From positions 1,125,476-1,189,475 of the forward strand of contig CAWAND010000010.1 in the NCBI GenBank assembly GCA_963783335.1: a stretch of DNA of 64,000 nucleotides, read 5' to 3'. The stretch's first letter is position 1. Each line of letters opens with the position of its first letter. This document shows positions 18,039 through 26,685 of this stretch, piece after piece. This DNA comes from an uncultured Chloroflexia bacterium. Lineage in GTDB: Bacteria > Chloroflexota > Anaerolineae > Anaerolineales > E44-bin32. Both the position numbers and the translations under genes were made by a program. The notes below the pieces were generated by a model. The model searched no databases. It saw nothing but the letters and a program-made list of their open reading frames with translations, and was not told the DNA's origin.

Positions 18039-19646
18039 TTAGATGCGAACGCGCATGCTGTCTGTGCCGGTGGCGCCGTCCGGGTAAGGGTCGCCCGGCT
18101 GGGTGATCTGCAGGTCACCGTTGCCATCGTAGGCGCGTACCTGGAAGTTGTGGCTGCCGGGGGACGGATCCCAATCATAGCGCCATTGCACCCAGGTCAA
18201 CGGGCTGAGCGCCGGGAGGCGAAGCTCAACTTCGGTCCAGGGGCCTTCATCGACGGAAAGTTCGACCTTGCTGATGCCGCGCGTGCCGGCCCAGGCGATG
18301 CCGCCCACCGGAATCTTGCCGGTGCCGGGATCGGGTTGATCGACGGCCACCGTGTCGATGACAGAAGTGGTTCTCGGGATGGCGGTTTGGCTCCAGCCGC
18401 GCTCGACCCAGTATCCACGACCGCTGTTGTCGACAGCTTCCATATGGGTAATCCATTTGGGCTGCTTCATCCCGTAGTGGCCGGGAATGTAGATCCGCAG
18501 GGGGAAACCATGCTCGATCGGAAGCGGCACACCGCCCATCGAGTGAACCATGAGCACGCGTTCATCCATCGCTTCTTCGATGGAAAGGCTCTCGTAGAAT
18601 CCGTCGGCAGCTTCCATTTGGATCGCCGTGGCACCATCGCGCAGCCCGACTTCGGCAAGCAAGTTTCTGAGGGGCACACCTGTCCAGCGGGCGGTGCTGG
18701 TGAGATCGCCGCCGACCGGATTAGAGATACACTGCATCGTCACCACCTGGCTCACGGATGGACGGTTGACCAGATCCGGAATCTTGTAGGTGGTGGGTTG
18801 AACAACCAGGCCGTCAAACTTCATCTCCCAGGTGGAGCCGTCAAGCGCCGGCGGCAGGGTGTTGATGTCGATGCGGTAGAAATCGGCATTGGAGGTCAGC
18901 TCGGGTCGGGTTCCAGGCGCTGGCGGAATCCGCGCTTCAAGGGTTGCTTGGGGCGGCGAAGCCGCTGGCCCCGAGGTATCGCCGCTGCCGATATTCGGCG
19001 TCGCGCCGGTGGCGGAAGCCGTCGGCCTGGGTCGACTTGCGATCGAGGCCAGCGCGTATGAGCCCAAGCCGATGCCGAGCGAGGCACCCAGCACATAAAG
19101 GAACTGGCGGCGGTCGACGACGCCAATCTCTGTCGTCTCGGCGTGGGCCCGGCCCGCACCCAGCAGGAGCCAGGTTAATACGTAGCTCCAAGCAAACGAA
19201 AGGGCGGCGATCCACAGGATCGTGGTCAACCAGCCCACCGGTCCAACACCCAGGGCCGCCTCGACCGCTATGGACATCAGTGCCACCAGGCCGCCGCCAA
19301 CCAGGCTGATCATGCCGCGCCTTTCCGGGCGGATTCGCAGCGCATATGCCAGGGCCACACCAAACACGGCACCCCCAGCGATGAACTGACCGATGGCAAT
19401 GGTCTGCTCGATCAGCTTGGCGGTGGAGTTGGTCGCGCCCAAGTTGAGCCCGCGGATGAGACTGACCATGGTATGAATAACGGTCGTGATGAGTGCACCG
19501 GGCAGAATGCGGGTCATCCAGTCAAAGCTGTCGAACGGAATGAACGGAAGCTTCAGCCACTGCAGGCCAAGGTAGTTCAGGGCCACAAAGGCAATCCCCG
19601 TGAGTAGCCCGAGCGCGGCTGCCGACAAGATCCACATACGTTTCAT
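18039..19646 (-). CDS. membrane-anchored molybdopterin-dependent oxidoreductase (sulfite-oxidase fold)
   Basis: GGAGG SD before ATG 19646. About 6 N-terminal TM helices, Mo-domain (MQCISNPVGG with Cys ligand; GFPLRIYIPGHYGMKQPKW), and C-terminal Ig-like domain. Confidence 0.8.
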   Translation of the reverse strand: MKRMWILSAAALGLLTGIAFVALNYLGLQWLKLPFIPFDSFDWMTRILPGALITTVIHTMVSLIRGLNLGATNSTAKLIEQTIAIGQFIAGGAVFGVALAYALRIRPERRGMISLVGGGLVALMSIAVEAALGVGPVGWLTTILWIAALSFAWSYVLTWLLLGAGRAHAETTEIGVVDRRQFLYVLGASLGIGLGSYALASIASRPRPTASATGATPNIGSGDTSGPAASPPQATLEARIPPAPGTRPELTSNADFYRIDINTLPPALDGSTWEMKFDGLVVQPTTYKIPDLVNRPSVSQVVTMQCISNPVGGDLTSTARWTGVPLRNLLAEVGLRDGATAIQMEAADGFYESLSIEEAMDERVLMVHSMGGVPLPIEHGFPLRIYIPGHYGMKQPKWITHMEAVDNSGRGYWVERGWSQTAIPRTTSVIDTVAVDQPDPGTGKIPVGGIAWAGTRGISKVELSVDEGPWTEVELRLPALSPLTWVQWRYDWDPSPGSHNFQVRAYDGNGDLQITQPGDPYPDGATGTDSMRVRI

Positions 19647-19779
19647 GGGCGAGGTCCTCCATAATTTGGGTCGTGACACGCGTCCAGTCTAGAATCCCAG
19701 GCTTACGAGGACATTACAGGGAACAAGAACTGGAAGCGTGCCAAAGCCGAGTTCATCCAGGTCAAGGCTGAACTCCGAT

Positions 19780-19785
19780 TAGAAT
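19780..19785 (+). promoter_or_regulatory. -10 box TAGAAT, 9 nt before ATG 19795 (leaderless-type)
   Basis: ccgatTAGAATggacgactcATG read directly. Confidence 0.35.
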
Positions 19786-19794
19786 GGACGACTC

Positions 19795-21031
19795 ATGAAT
19801 TCTAAAGCCGCAGTGCGCATTACCCGCACCCTCTTCGCCACACAGAGCATGGCCTCGGCCGCGCTTTTCGCCTCGGTCACCCTGGCATCCATTGTGGGGG
19901 CCGAGCTTTCAGGCCGGGCCGCCTGGGCTGGTGTCCCATCCGCCAGCCAGCTGGGCGGTGTGGCCGTGTCGGCCTTCATCTGGGGCGCCTTGATGGAGAA
20001 GTTTGGGCGGCGCGCCGGCCTGCTTGCCGGGGCCAGCCTGGGAATCGTGGGGGCAGCCGTTGCCACCGGAGGCGTCTTGGCCCGATCATTCTGGATCCTC
20101 ATCCTGGGCCTGACGCTGATGGGCATCTCGCGCGCAGCGACGGATCAGGGACGATTTGCGGCTGCCGACGTGCATCCGCCCCAGAGTTCGCGCTCGGGCC
20201 CTGTCGATGGTGGTTTTCGGTGGCACCATCGGTGCGATTGTGGGGCCGCTGCTTGTGGGCCCCTCCGGCGTGTGGATGACTCAGCTCGGGTTGTCCGAGC
20301 TGTCAGGCGGCTTTCTGGCGGCCGTGGTTCTGATGGCGGCGGCCACCATGATCCTGTTTTTCGGACTCCGTCCGGATCCCAAGCTGCTGGCAGCCGAGGT
20401 GGAGAAGAATATTCAAACCTCACCCACCAGCGGAGGCTCCGGCCGGAAGCTCGGCGACATCCTGCGCGATCCCGGGGTCTTGTTCCCCATGACGGTGATG
20501 ATCACGGCGCAGTTGGTGATGGTGCTGGTCATGGTCATCACGGCCTTGTACATGAAAGCCAACCAGCATTCCCTCTCCAATGTATCGATCGTCATTTCGT
20601 CGCACACGGTGGGGATGTTTGCCTTCTCTGTGGTTTCCGGCCGGCTGGCGGACCGCTTCGGTCGAGCGCCGGTGATCCTGGCGGGAGGGCTGACCTTGAT
20701 GCTCGCATCCCTGGCGGCCGGTCTGACCTCCGATCTACTGCCTCTGGCCGTGGCGCTTTTCTTTGTGGGACTCGGATGGAATCTGTGCTACGTGGGAGGC
20801 TCGTCGCTGCTTTCGGATCACTTGCGGGCCGGTGAGCGCTCCCGGACGCAGGGCCTCAACGACACACTGGTGGGTTTGGTGTCAGCCGTAGGGAGCCTGT
20901 CGAGTGGGTTCGCGTTCGCCGCACTGGGGTACGCAGCCATTGGCCAGATAGGGGCCTTGATCTGCTTGATCCCGGTCGCTCAGGGTGTGCTTTGGACGTG
21001 GCGCGGCCGGCGGGCGCTGGCCGTCGGTTAG
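19795..21031 (+). pseudogene. MFS transporter with a +1 frame disruption in a CCCC run (20179-20182)
   Basis: Frame 1 reads as MFS up to ...RFAAADVHPP. Frame 2 continues RVRARALSMVVFGGTIGAIVGP... to the stop at 21031. Removing one C joins them seamlessly. Confidence 0.8.
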
Positions 21032-21046
21032 AGTCGGACCTCCACC

Positions 21047-22516
21047 TCAGCTCCCCAACCCCAACTGTTTCCAGATGTCATCCACGCGAGATTTCACCTC
21101 GGGACTCATCTCAATGCGCTGCGGCCAACCCCGGCTGTAGCCTTCCTCTGGCAGCTTGGCGGTGGCGTCAATGCCGATCTTGCCCCCATACGAATGGGCG
21201 TAGGACGCGTGATCCAAATCGTCCACTGGACCCATGGTCAGTTCAAGGTCATGCGACCAATCGACATTGCCCAAAGCCTGCCAGGCTGACATCGAAGGAT
21301 CCTGGACGTCGACCCATTCATCGACGATCACCAGGCACTTGGCCAACATCATCAGGCCGAGGCCCCACAGGCCGTGCATCACTTTGCGAGCGTGCCCGGG
21401 GTAGCGCTTGTGGATGGAGACCAGCACCAAGTTGTGAAACACGCCTTCGGCCGGCATGCACACATCCCTGATTTCCGGCATGAACAAACGCATCAGAGGT
21501 AAGAAGAGCCGCTCGGTGGCTTTGCCCATCCAGACGTCCTCCATGGGAGGCACCCCAACGATTGTGGTGGGGTAGATGGGATCCCGCCGATGGGTGATGG
21601 CGGTGAGGTGGAACACGGGGTAGGGTTCGACGGGTGTGTAGTAGCCGGTGTGGTCGCCGAATGGCCCTTCGGGCAGGTGCTGGTTGGGGTCGACATAGCC
21701 TTCGAGGACGATTTCGGCTTGTGATGGGACCTCGAGGGGCTGGCTGACACAGTCCACGAATTCGACCGGCTTGCCGCGCACCCAGCCCGCCAGCAGGTAC
21801 TCATCGATGTTGGGCGGAAGGGGCGCGGAAGCGCACCACATGCTGGCCGGGTCGCCGCCCAGCACGATAGCTGCGGGGATCTTGTCTTTGTGGATTTGAA
21901 GTGCGACGCGCTCGTGCTCGGCGCCTCCCTTGTGGCGCTGCCAGTGCATCAGAAGGCGCTGGTCGTCGACGACCTGCAGCCGGTACATGCCCACATTGCG
22001 GGTTCCGGTCTCTGGATCGCGCGTGATGACCTGGGGCAGCGTGATAAAGCGGCCGCCGTCTTCCGGCCAGCAGCGCAGGATCGGCAGGCTTGCCAGGCTC
22101 GGGTGGTCTTTCTCGACGACTTCTTGGACGGGTCCGCTGCGGGCTTTGGAAGGTCCCAAGCCGATCGACCGCAAAGCGCCCAAGAAATCCTGGCCCCGGG
22201 AAAGCATCCCGCCGAGGCCCTGGGGCAGGCGAAAATCCAACAGGTCGTTCAAGCGATCGCCCAGTCCATCGAGGTCGTCAACGCCCAGCGCGCTGGCCAT
22301 GCGCTGGGCCGAGCCGAACAGGTTGATGGCTGCCGGCAGGCCGAATCCATCGACGTTCTCAAACAACAACGCCTTGTTAGCAGCCGCCGGGCCTTTGCTG
22401 ACGCGGTCGGTGATCTCGGTGATCTCGAGATCGCGCGAAACAGGCTGGGTGATGCGGACCAATTGTTGGTCCTGCTCCAGGCGTTCCAGGAAGGCGCGCA
22501 GATCGTTGATGGGCAT
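21047..22516 (-). CDS. UbiD-family decarboxylase (menaquinone-biosynthesis type)
   Basis: 489 aa with full-length UbiD-like sequence (ITLPQVITRDPETGTRNVGMYR..., GPFGDHTGYY). GGAG SD. Confidence 0.85.
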   Translation of the reverse strand: MPINDLRAFLERLEQDQQLVRITQPVSRDLEITEITDRVSKGPAAANKALLFENVDGFGLPAAINLFGSAQRMASALGVDDLDGLGDRLNDLLDFRLPQGLGGMLSRGQDFLGALRSIGLGPSKARSGPVQEVVEKDHPSLASLPILRCWPEDGGRFITLPQVITRDPETGTRNVGMYRLQVVDDQRLLMHWQRHKGGAEHERVALQIHKDKIPAAIVLGGDPASMWCASAPLPPNIDEYLLAGWVRGKPVEFVDCVSQPLEVPSQAEIVLEGYVDPNQHLPEGPFGDHTGYYTPVEPYPVFHLTAITHRRDPIYPTTIVGVPPMEDVWMGKATERLFLPLMRLFMPEIRDVCMPAEGVFHNLVLVSIHKRYPGHARKVMHGLWGLGLMMLAKCLVIVDEWVDVQDPSMSAWQALGNVDWSHDLELTMGPVDDLDHASYAHSYGGKIGIDATAKLPEEGYSRGWPQRIEMSPEVKSRVDDIWKQLGLGS

Positions 22517-22545
22517 GGGGGGCGCTCCAATTCGGGTGTGGCGGG

Positions 22546-22554
22546 ATTATAGCA
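22546..22554 (-). promoter_or_regulatory. extended -10 box TGCTATAAT
   Basis: Reverse complement of attatagca. Lies about 30 nt upstream of the UbiD ATG. Confidence 0.5.
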
Positions 22555-22762
22555 AATCAGCGTTGGGCGCTCGGGCTTTACCCAGCGGCCGGAACTTGGT
22601 CTTCCTCCAAGAGTCGGCCCGTCCCTTGGATACGATGCGCGGCGAGCGTGCAGCTGCCGGGGAAGGTGAACCGGGTTTGGGCGGGCAGGTGAGGCGCAAG
22701 CCCGGTTGAGGCGGGGGTCAGGGAATAATCAGCCGCCGGCCGGAAGGACTCCTTGATGGATT

Positions 22763-23029
22763 CTAGCTGTCCGAGGGCAGAAACCTGGCTGCCAACTCGC
22801 TCCAGCTGGGCTCGGTGAGCGTGGTCCCATCTTCAAAGACGATGGTGGGCACACTGACAAAGCCATGGTTGATCTGCTTGACGGTGGCGCGCGCCTCCTC
22901 CGAGAGTTCGACATCGATCCACTCGTAGGCGATGTCGTGCTGCTCCATGAAGCGTTTGGCGAGACGTGTGTCGGCGCACCAGTCAGATCCATACATCCGG
23001 ATTGTGCCTTCTTTCACAATATCAGGCAT
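22763..23029 (-). CDS. glutaredoxin-like thioredoxin-fold protein (single active-site Cys)
   Basis: IRMYGSDWCADTRLAKRF...VSVPTIVFEDG. The CxxC position reads CADT. Start at ATG 23029 overlaps the zwf stop by 8 nt. Confidence 0.65.
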   Translation of the reverse strand: MPDIVKEGTIRMYGSDWCADTRLAKRFMEQHDIAYEWIDVELSEEARATVKQINHGFVSVPTIVFEDGTTLTEPSWSELAARFLPSDS

Positions 23030-24533
23030 CGTTGCTCGGATCGCTTGAATCGTCGGGTGCATTGGGCTGGCCGCTGCCGCAGCCCAGAGACCATTCTCGG
23101 TTGTCGGAGGCCAGGAAATCGTCGGCGGCCACGGGGCCCCATGAGCCGGGTTCGTATTTCTGCAGTTTGGGTCCCTTTTCCGCTGTCCATCCTTCCACGA
23201 TGGAGTCGATCAATCCCCACGCAAGCTCGATGGTGTCGGCCCGTGTGAAGAGGGCAAAGTCGCCGTTGACGGCGTCAAGCAGCAAGCGCTCGTAGGCGTC
23301 CGGGATGGATCCACGTCCGAAGGCGTCGGCATAGTGAAACTCCATATCGACCGAGCGCATCCCGGCTTGGGTGTCCGGAACCTTGGCCTCGAAGCGTAGG
23401 TGCATGCCCTCATCGGGCTGGATGCAGATTCCGAGCGCGTTGGGGCGGATCGTTTCCCCGGGCTGCATGGGGAACATCAGATGGGGTACGGTCTTGAACT
23501 GGATTCGGATCTCGGTGCGCTTGGAGGCCAAACTCTTGCCCGAGCGCAGGTAGAAGGGGACGCCCTGCCAACGCCAATTGTCAATGTACAGGCGCAGCGC
23601 AGCATAGGTGGCGGTTTGCAAATCCTTGGCCACGCCCGGTTCGTCTCGGTAACCCCAGTATTGGCCGCGCACGCTGTGGCGCCCAACCTGGCTGGGGGGT
23701 ATGGGACGGATCGAGCTGAGAACCTTGACGCGTTCGTTGCGGATGGCGGTGCCTTGAAACGAAGGGGGCGGTTCCATGGCCACCAGGGAAAGCAGCTGCA
23801 TCAGGTGATTTTGGAACATGTCACGCAGAATGCCGACCTGATCGTAGAATCCCCCCCGATGGCCAACCCCGACTTCTTCTGCCACCGTAATCTGCACATT
23901 GTCGATGTATCGGCGATTCCAGATCGGCTCAAAGATCGAGTTCGCGAAGCGAAACACGAGCACGTTCTGAACGGTTTCCTTGCCCAGGTAGTGATCAATA
24001 CGGAAAATCTGCTCTTCATCCAGGTAGCGGTGGGTTGCCTGATTGAGTTGCTTGGCCGATTCCAAGTCGTGTCCAAATGGCTTCTCAATGACCACGCGCC
24101 GCCAGCCGCGGCTCGGCTCGACCATCCCCGTTTCGCCCAAACGGTTGAGGATGGGCTCGTAGACTTGGGGCGGCGTGGCGAGATAAAAGAGACGGTTGTC
24201 GTCGCCGCCGATCTCGTGTTCCAGGTCTGACAGCTTCTTTTTCAGCGCGTTGATGGCATCGTCGTCGTTGAAATCGCCGCAGACATAACTAAGGTGTTGG
24301 GAGAAGGCCTTCCACTCATCGGTGTCCATCTTGTCGGGTGCGAACTCCTCGAGCCCCTGCTTCACGTTGGCTCGGAAAGAGTCGTCATCCATCTGGCTGC
24401 GGGCCATGCCTACGATGCGAAAGCCGTCTGGAAGGCGCCCCTTACAGTACAGGCTGAAGATGGCCGGGACCAGCTTGCGGGAGGTCAGATCCCCTGACGC
24501 TCCAAAGATCACCATCACGGTGGTGTGAGTCAT
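23022..24533 (-). CDS. zwf: glucose-6-phosphate dehydrogenase
   Basis: NADP motif FGASGDLTSRKL and active-site RIDHYLGKE. GGAG SD before ATG 24533. Confidence 0.92.
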   Translation of the reverse strand: MTHTTVMVIFGASGDLTSRKLVPAIFSLYCKGRLPDGFRIVGMARSQMDDDSFRANVKQGLEEFAPDKMDTDEWKAFSQHLSYVCGDFNDDDAINALKKKLSDLEHEIGGDDNRLFYLATPPQVYEPILNRLGETGMVEPSRGWRRVVIEKPFGHDLESAKQLNQATHRYLDEEQIFRIDHYLGKETVQNVLVFRFANSIFEPIWNRRYIDNVQITVAEEVGVGHRGGFYDQVGILRDMFQNHLMQLLSLVAMEPPPSFQGTAIRNERVKVLSSIRPIPPSQVGRHSVRGQYWGYRDEPGVAKDLQTATYAALRLYIDNWRWQGVPFYLRSGKSLASKRTEIRIQFKTVPHLMFPMQPGETIRPNALGICIQPDEGMHLRFEAKVPDTQAGMRSVDMEFHYADAFGRGSIPDAYERLLLDAVNGDFALFTRADTIELAWGLIDSIVEGWTAEKGPKLQKYEPGSWGPVAADDFLASDNREWSLGCGSGQPNAPDDSSDPSNDA

Positions 24534-24579
24534 GTATTGCTCCTCGTGCAGCTTGCTTTCCCCTCCTGGGGTCAGTTTC

Positions 24580-24588
24580 ATTCTAGCA
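24580..24588 (-). promoter_or_regulatory. extended -10 box TGCTAGAAT
   Basis: Reverse complement of attctagca. Lies about 47 nt upstream of the zwf ATG. Confidence 0.5.
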
Positions 24589-24642
24589 GACCCGTTTGGG
24601 GGTTTCCGCTTGATAAGAGGGGGATCGGAGGTGGGGCCGGCT

Positions 24643-24651
24643 TGTTATAAT
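24643..24651 (+). promoter_or_regulatory. extended -10 box TGTTATAAT, 8 nt before ATG 24660 (leaderless-type)
   Basis: cTTGTTATAATcctcccccATG read directly. Confidence 0.5.
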
Positions 24652-24659
24652 CCTCCCCC

Positions 24660-25910
24660 ATGCGCGACAGATTGAGTTGGCTGGGTTGGTTCTTCCTGGG
24701 GGCCGGGCTGGCGGCGGCCGGAGCCTGGCTTGTGTACCAGATACCGTGGGTAAACTACCGCCTCGGGTGGCGGCTGGATATGACGCAAGGCGTCGTTCGG
24801 GGATGGCTCCACCCGGGAGACATGCTGCCGGCCCCAGCCGACGGCCGGGTCGAGGTGTCGGTGCCGACGGCGCTGCCGACTCTAACGGCCCGATCTACCT
24901 CAGACGCATCCGCCGGTCCTACCACCACCCCGACCCCGGTGCCTACTCCGATCCCCGCCGCCGTGACGCTCGATCCGCCCAAATGGGAAAAGCAAGATTG
25001 GAACAACTGCGGGCCGGCCACTTTGGCCGAGGCGCTGCGCTATTACGGCTGGCAAGGTGATCAGTTCGCCATCTCAGATCTGCTCAAACCCGATCGCGGC
25101 GACAAGAACGTGAACGTCGAAGAGTTGATCTACTACGTCAAAACTCGCGCCGGTTGGCTGGACGCGGATTACCGTGTCGGTGGGACGCTGGATACACTCA
25201 AGCGATTCATCGCGGCCGGGTTTCCGATCATCATTGAAAAGGGCCTGGTGCTGTCCCCCAACGATGGCGGCGGCGGGTGGGCCGGGCACTATCTTCTGCT
25301 CACGGGCTACGATGATGCGCAAGGGGTGTTCATCGGGCAGGACACCAACCCGATCTCAGGCGGGGCGGATCGGCAGGTGAGCTACCAGGCTGTGGATGAG
25401 GGTTGGCAGGCTTTCAACCGTGTGTACATGTTCGTCTACCTTCCAGAGCAGCAATCCCAGATCGATCAGCTCTTGGGCGGGGATCTCGACGTGGACCACA
25501 ACCGTCAGAACGCGCTCGATGAGGCCCGCAATGAGATTGAGAAGAACCCGAAAGACGCTTTCGCCTGGTTCAATCTGGGCACCAACCTGGTCTATTTTGA
25601 ACGCTGGGGTGAAGCCGGCAAAGCCTATGATACGGCCTTGAACCTGGGACTCCCGTGGCGCTTCACGCGCTATCAGTTTGGCCCGTACATTGCCTACTTC
25701 AACCAGGGGCGATTCCAGGACGTGATCGACCTGGCGGACGCCACCCTGTACCGCACGTACAAGGCGGAAGAATCACTCCTCTGGCGAGGCTGGGCCGAGT
25801 ACCGGCTGGGTGAAACCGGCAAGGCGATCGCCGATTTTCAGGACGCGCTGAAGGTCAACCCCAATTATCAGGACGCACAATACGCCCTGAAATTCGTCAC
25901 AGGTGGTTGA
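24660..25910 (+). CDS. membrane-anchored peptidase-C39-like domain protein with C-terminal TPR repeats
   Basis: N-terminal TM helix, Pro/Thr linker, QDWNNCGPATLAEALRYYGW (papain-like Cys), and TPR-like repeats at the C-terminus. Confidence 0.65.
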   Translation: MRDRLSWLGWFFLGAGLAAAGAWLVYQIPWVNYRLGWRLDMTQGVVRGWLHPGDMLPAPADGRVEVSVPTALPTLTARSTSDASAGPTTTPTPVPTPIPAAVTLDPPKWEKQDWNNCGPATLAEALRYYGWQGDQFAISDLLKPDRGDKNVNVEELIYYVKTRAGWLDADYRVGGTLDTLKRFIAAGFPIIIEKGLVLSPNDGGGGWAGHYLLLTGYDDAQGVFIGQDTNPISGGADRQVSYQAVDEGWQAFNRVYMFVYLPEQQSQIDQLLGGDLDVDHNRQNALDEARNEIEKNPKDAFAWFNLGTNLVYFERWGEAGKAYDTALNLGLPWRFTRYQFGPYIAYFNQGRFQDVIDLADATLYRTYKAEESLLWRGWAEYRLGETGKAIADFQDALKVNPNYQDAQYALKFVTGG

Positions 25911-25975
25911 GGCGCCTGCCCCTGATCCAGTATGATTAGTGTTCAAACCCGTCTTGCCAAGGAGATCGAAATCTG

Positions 25976-26488
25976 ATGCTGATCAGTGACAAGATGAACC
26001 AGGAGCTCAACAAGCAGGTTGGCAGCGAGCTGGGGGCCTCCAATCAGTATGTCAATGTGGCTGCCTATTTCGACAATGAAGGGTTGCCCGAGCTTTCCGG
26101 TTTCTTCTTCCGTCAATCCGCCGAAGAGCGCGTGCACGCCATGCGCTTCGTGGACTATATTCTCGACGCGGGCGGGAAGGTGGCCGTGCCAGCCATTGAA
26201 GCACCGCCCAGCGAGATCAATTCGGCGGAGAAGGCCGTCGAGATGTCCTTGAACTGGGAGATGCAGGTCACCGGCCAGATCAATGCCTTGATGGACCTGG
26301 CCATGAAAGAAAACGACCATATCACGCAGGAGTTCTTGCGCTGGTTCATTGACGAGCAGCTCGAGGAAGTGTCCACCATGGAAGAGCTGCTGTCAGTGGT
26401 TCGCCGGGCTGGCGACGCGAATTTGCTGTTCGTCGAGCAGTATGTGGTCCGCAAGGGGGATCCCCATGCTGGAGGCGAGCAGGCCTGA
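25976..26488 (+). CDS. ferritin
   Basis: NQELNKQVGSELGASNQYVNVAAYF...FRQSAEERVHAMRFVDYI matches a ferritin-like ferroxidase centre. GGAG SD. Confidence 0.88.
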   Translation: MLISDKMNQELNKQVGSELGASNQYVNVAAYFDNEGLPELSGFFFRQSAEERVHAMRFVDYILDAGGKVAVPAIEAPPSEINSAEKAVEMSLNWEMQVTGQINALMDLAMKENDHITQEFLRWFIDEQLEEVSTMEELLSVVRRAGDANLLFVEQYVVRKGDPHAGGEQA

Positions 26489-26512
26489 CATCAGAATTCG
26501 CTCCAGCCGGTT

Positions 26513-26528
26513 TGTGAAATCCTTCACA
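26513..26528. promoter_or_regulatory. TGTGA-N6-TCACA palindrome, copy 3
   Basis: tTTGTGAaatccTTCACAt. Lies 24 nt after the ferritin stop and 17 nt before the ferritin terminator stem, between convergent genes. Confidence 0.4.
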
Positions 26529-26545
26529 TATCGCCTTCTCTGACT

Positions 26546-26572
26546 GGGACAGCCATTTGGCTGTCCCTTTTC
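26546..26572 (+). terminator. rho-independent terminator after ferritin
   Basis: GGGACAGCC-attt-GGCTGTCCC followed by TTTTC. Confidence 0.8.
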
Positions 26573-26685
26573 ATGTCGCTTGGCGGGCGCAGACAGCCGG
26601 TTGGTGCTTGGCGCACCTCCGACATCGTTCTGTGCCTCCGATGCGCCTTGACTGTCAAGTGCCAGAGTGCAGGTCGCAGCTGGAT

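Noticed and set aside
16013-19061. Plus-strand ORFs 16013-16918 (301 aa), 17117-17926 (269 aa) and 17928-19061 (377 aa)
   Set aside because: They are antisense to the NMT1-type binding protein, UbiA and the Mo-oxidoreductase respectively. They are Gly/Arg/Asp-rich with no recognisable domains.
20183-20835. Continuation of MFS frame 1 after the CCCC run (…QSSRSGPVDGGFRWHHRC… to 20835)
   Set aside because: It is non-membrane-like nonsense in the wrong frame. The true continuation is in frame 2 (20156-21031).
23003-23018. TGTGC-N6-TCACA near-match to the palindrome family
   Set aside because: It has one mismatch and lies in coding sequence (IVKEGT of the glutaredoxin-like gene). It is mentioned in a finding but not called as a site.
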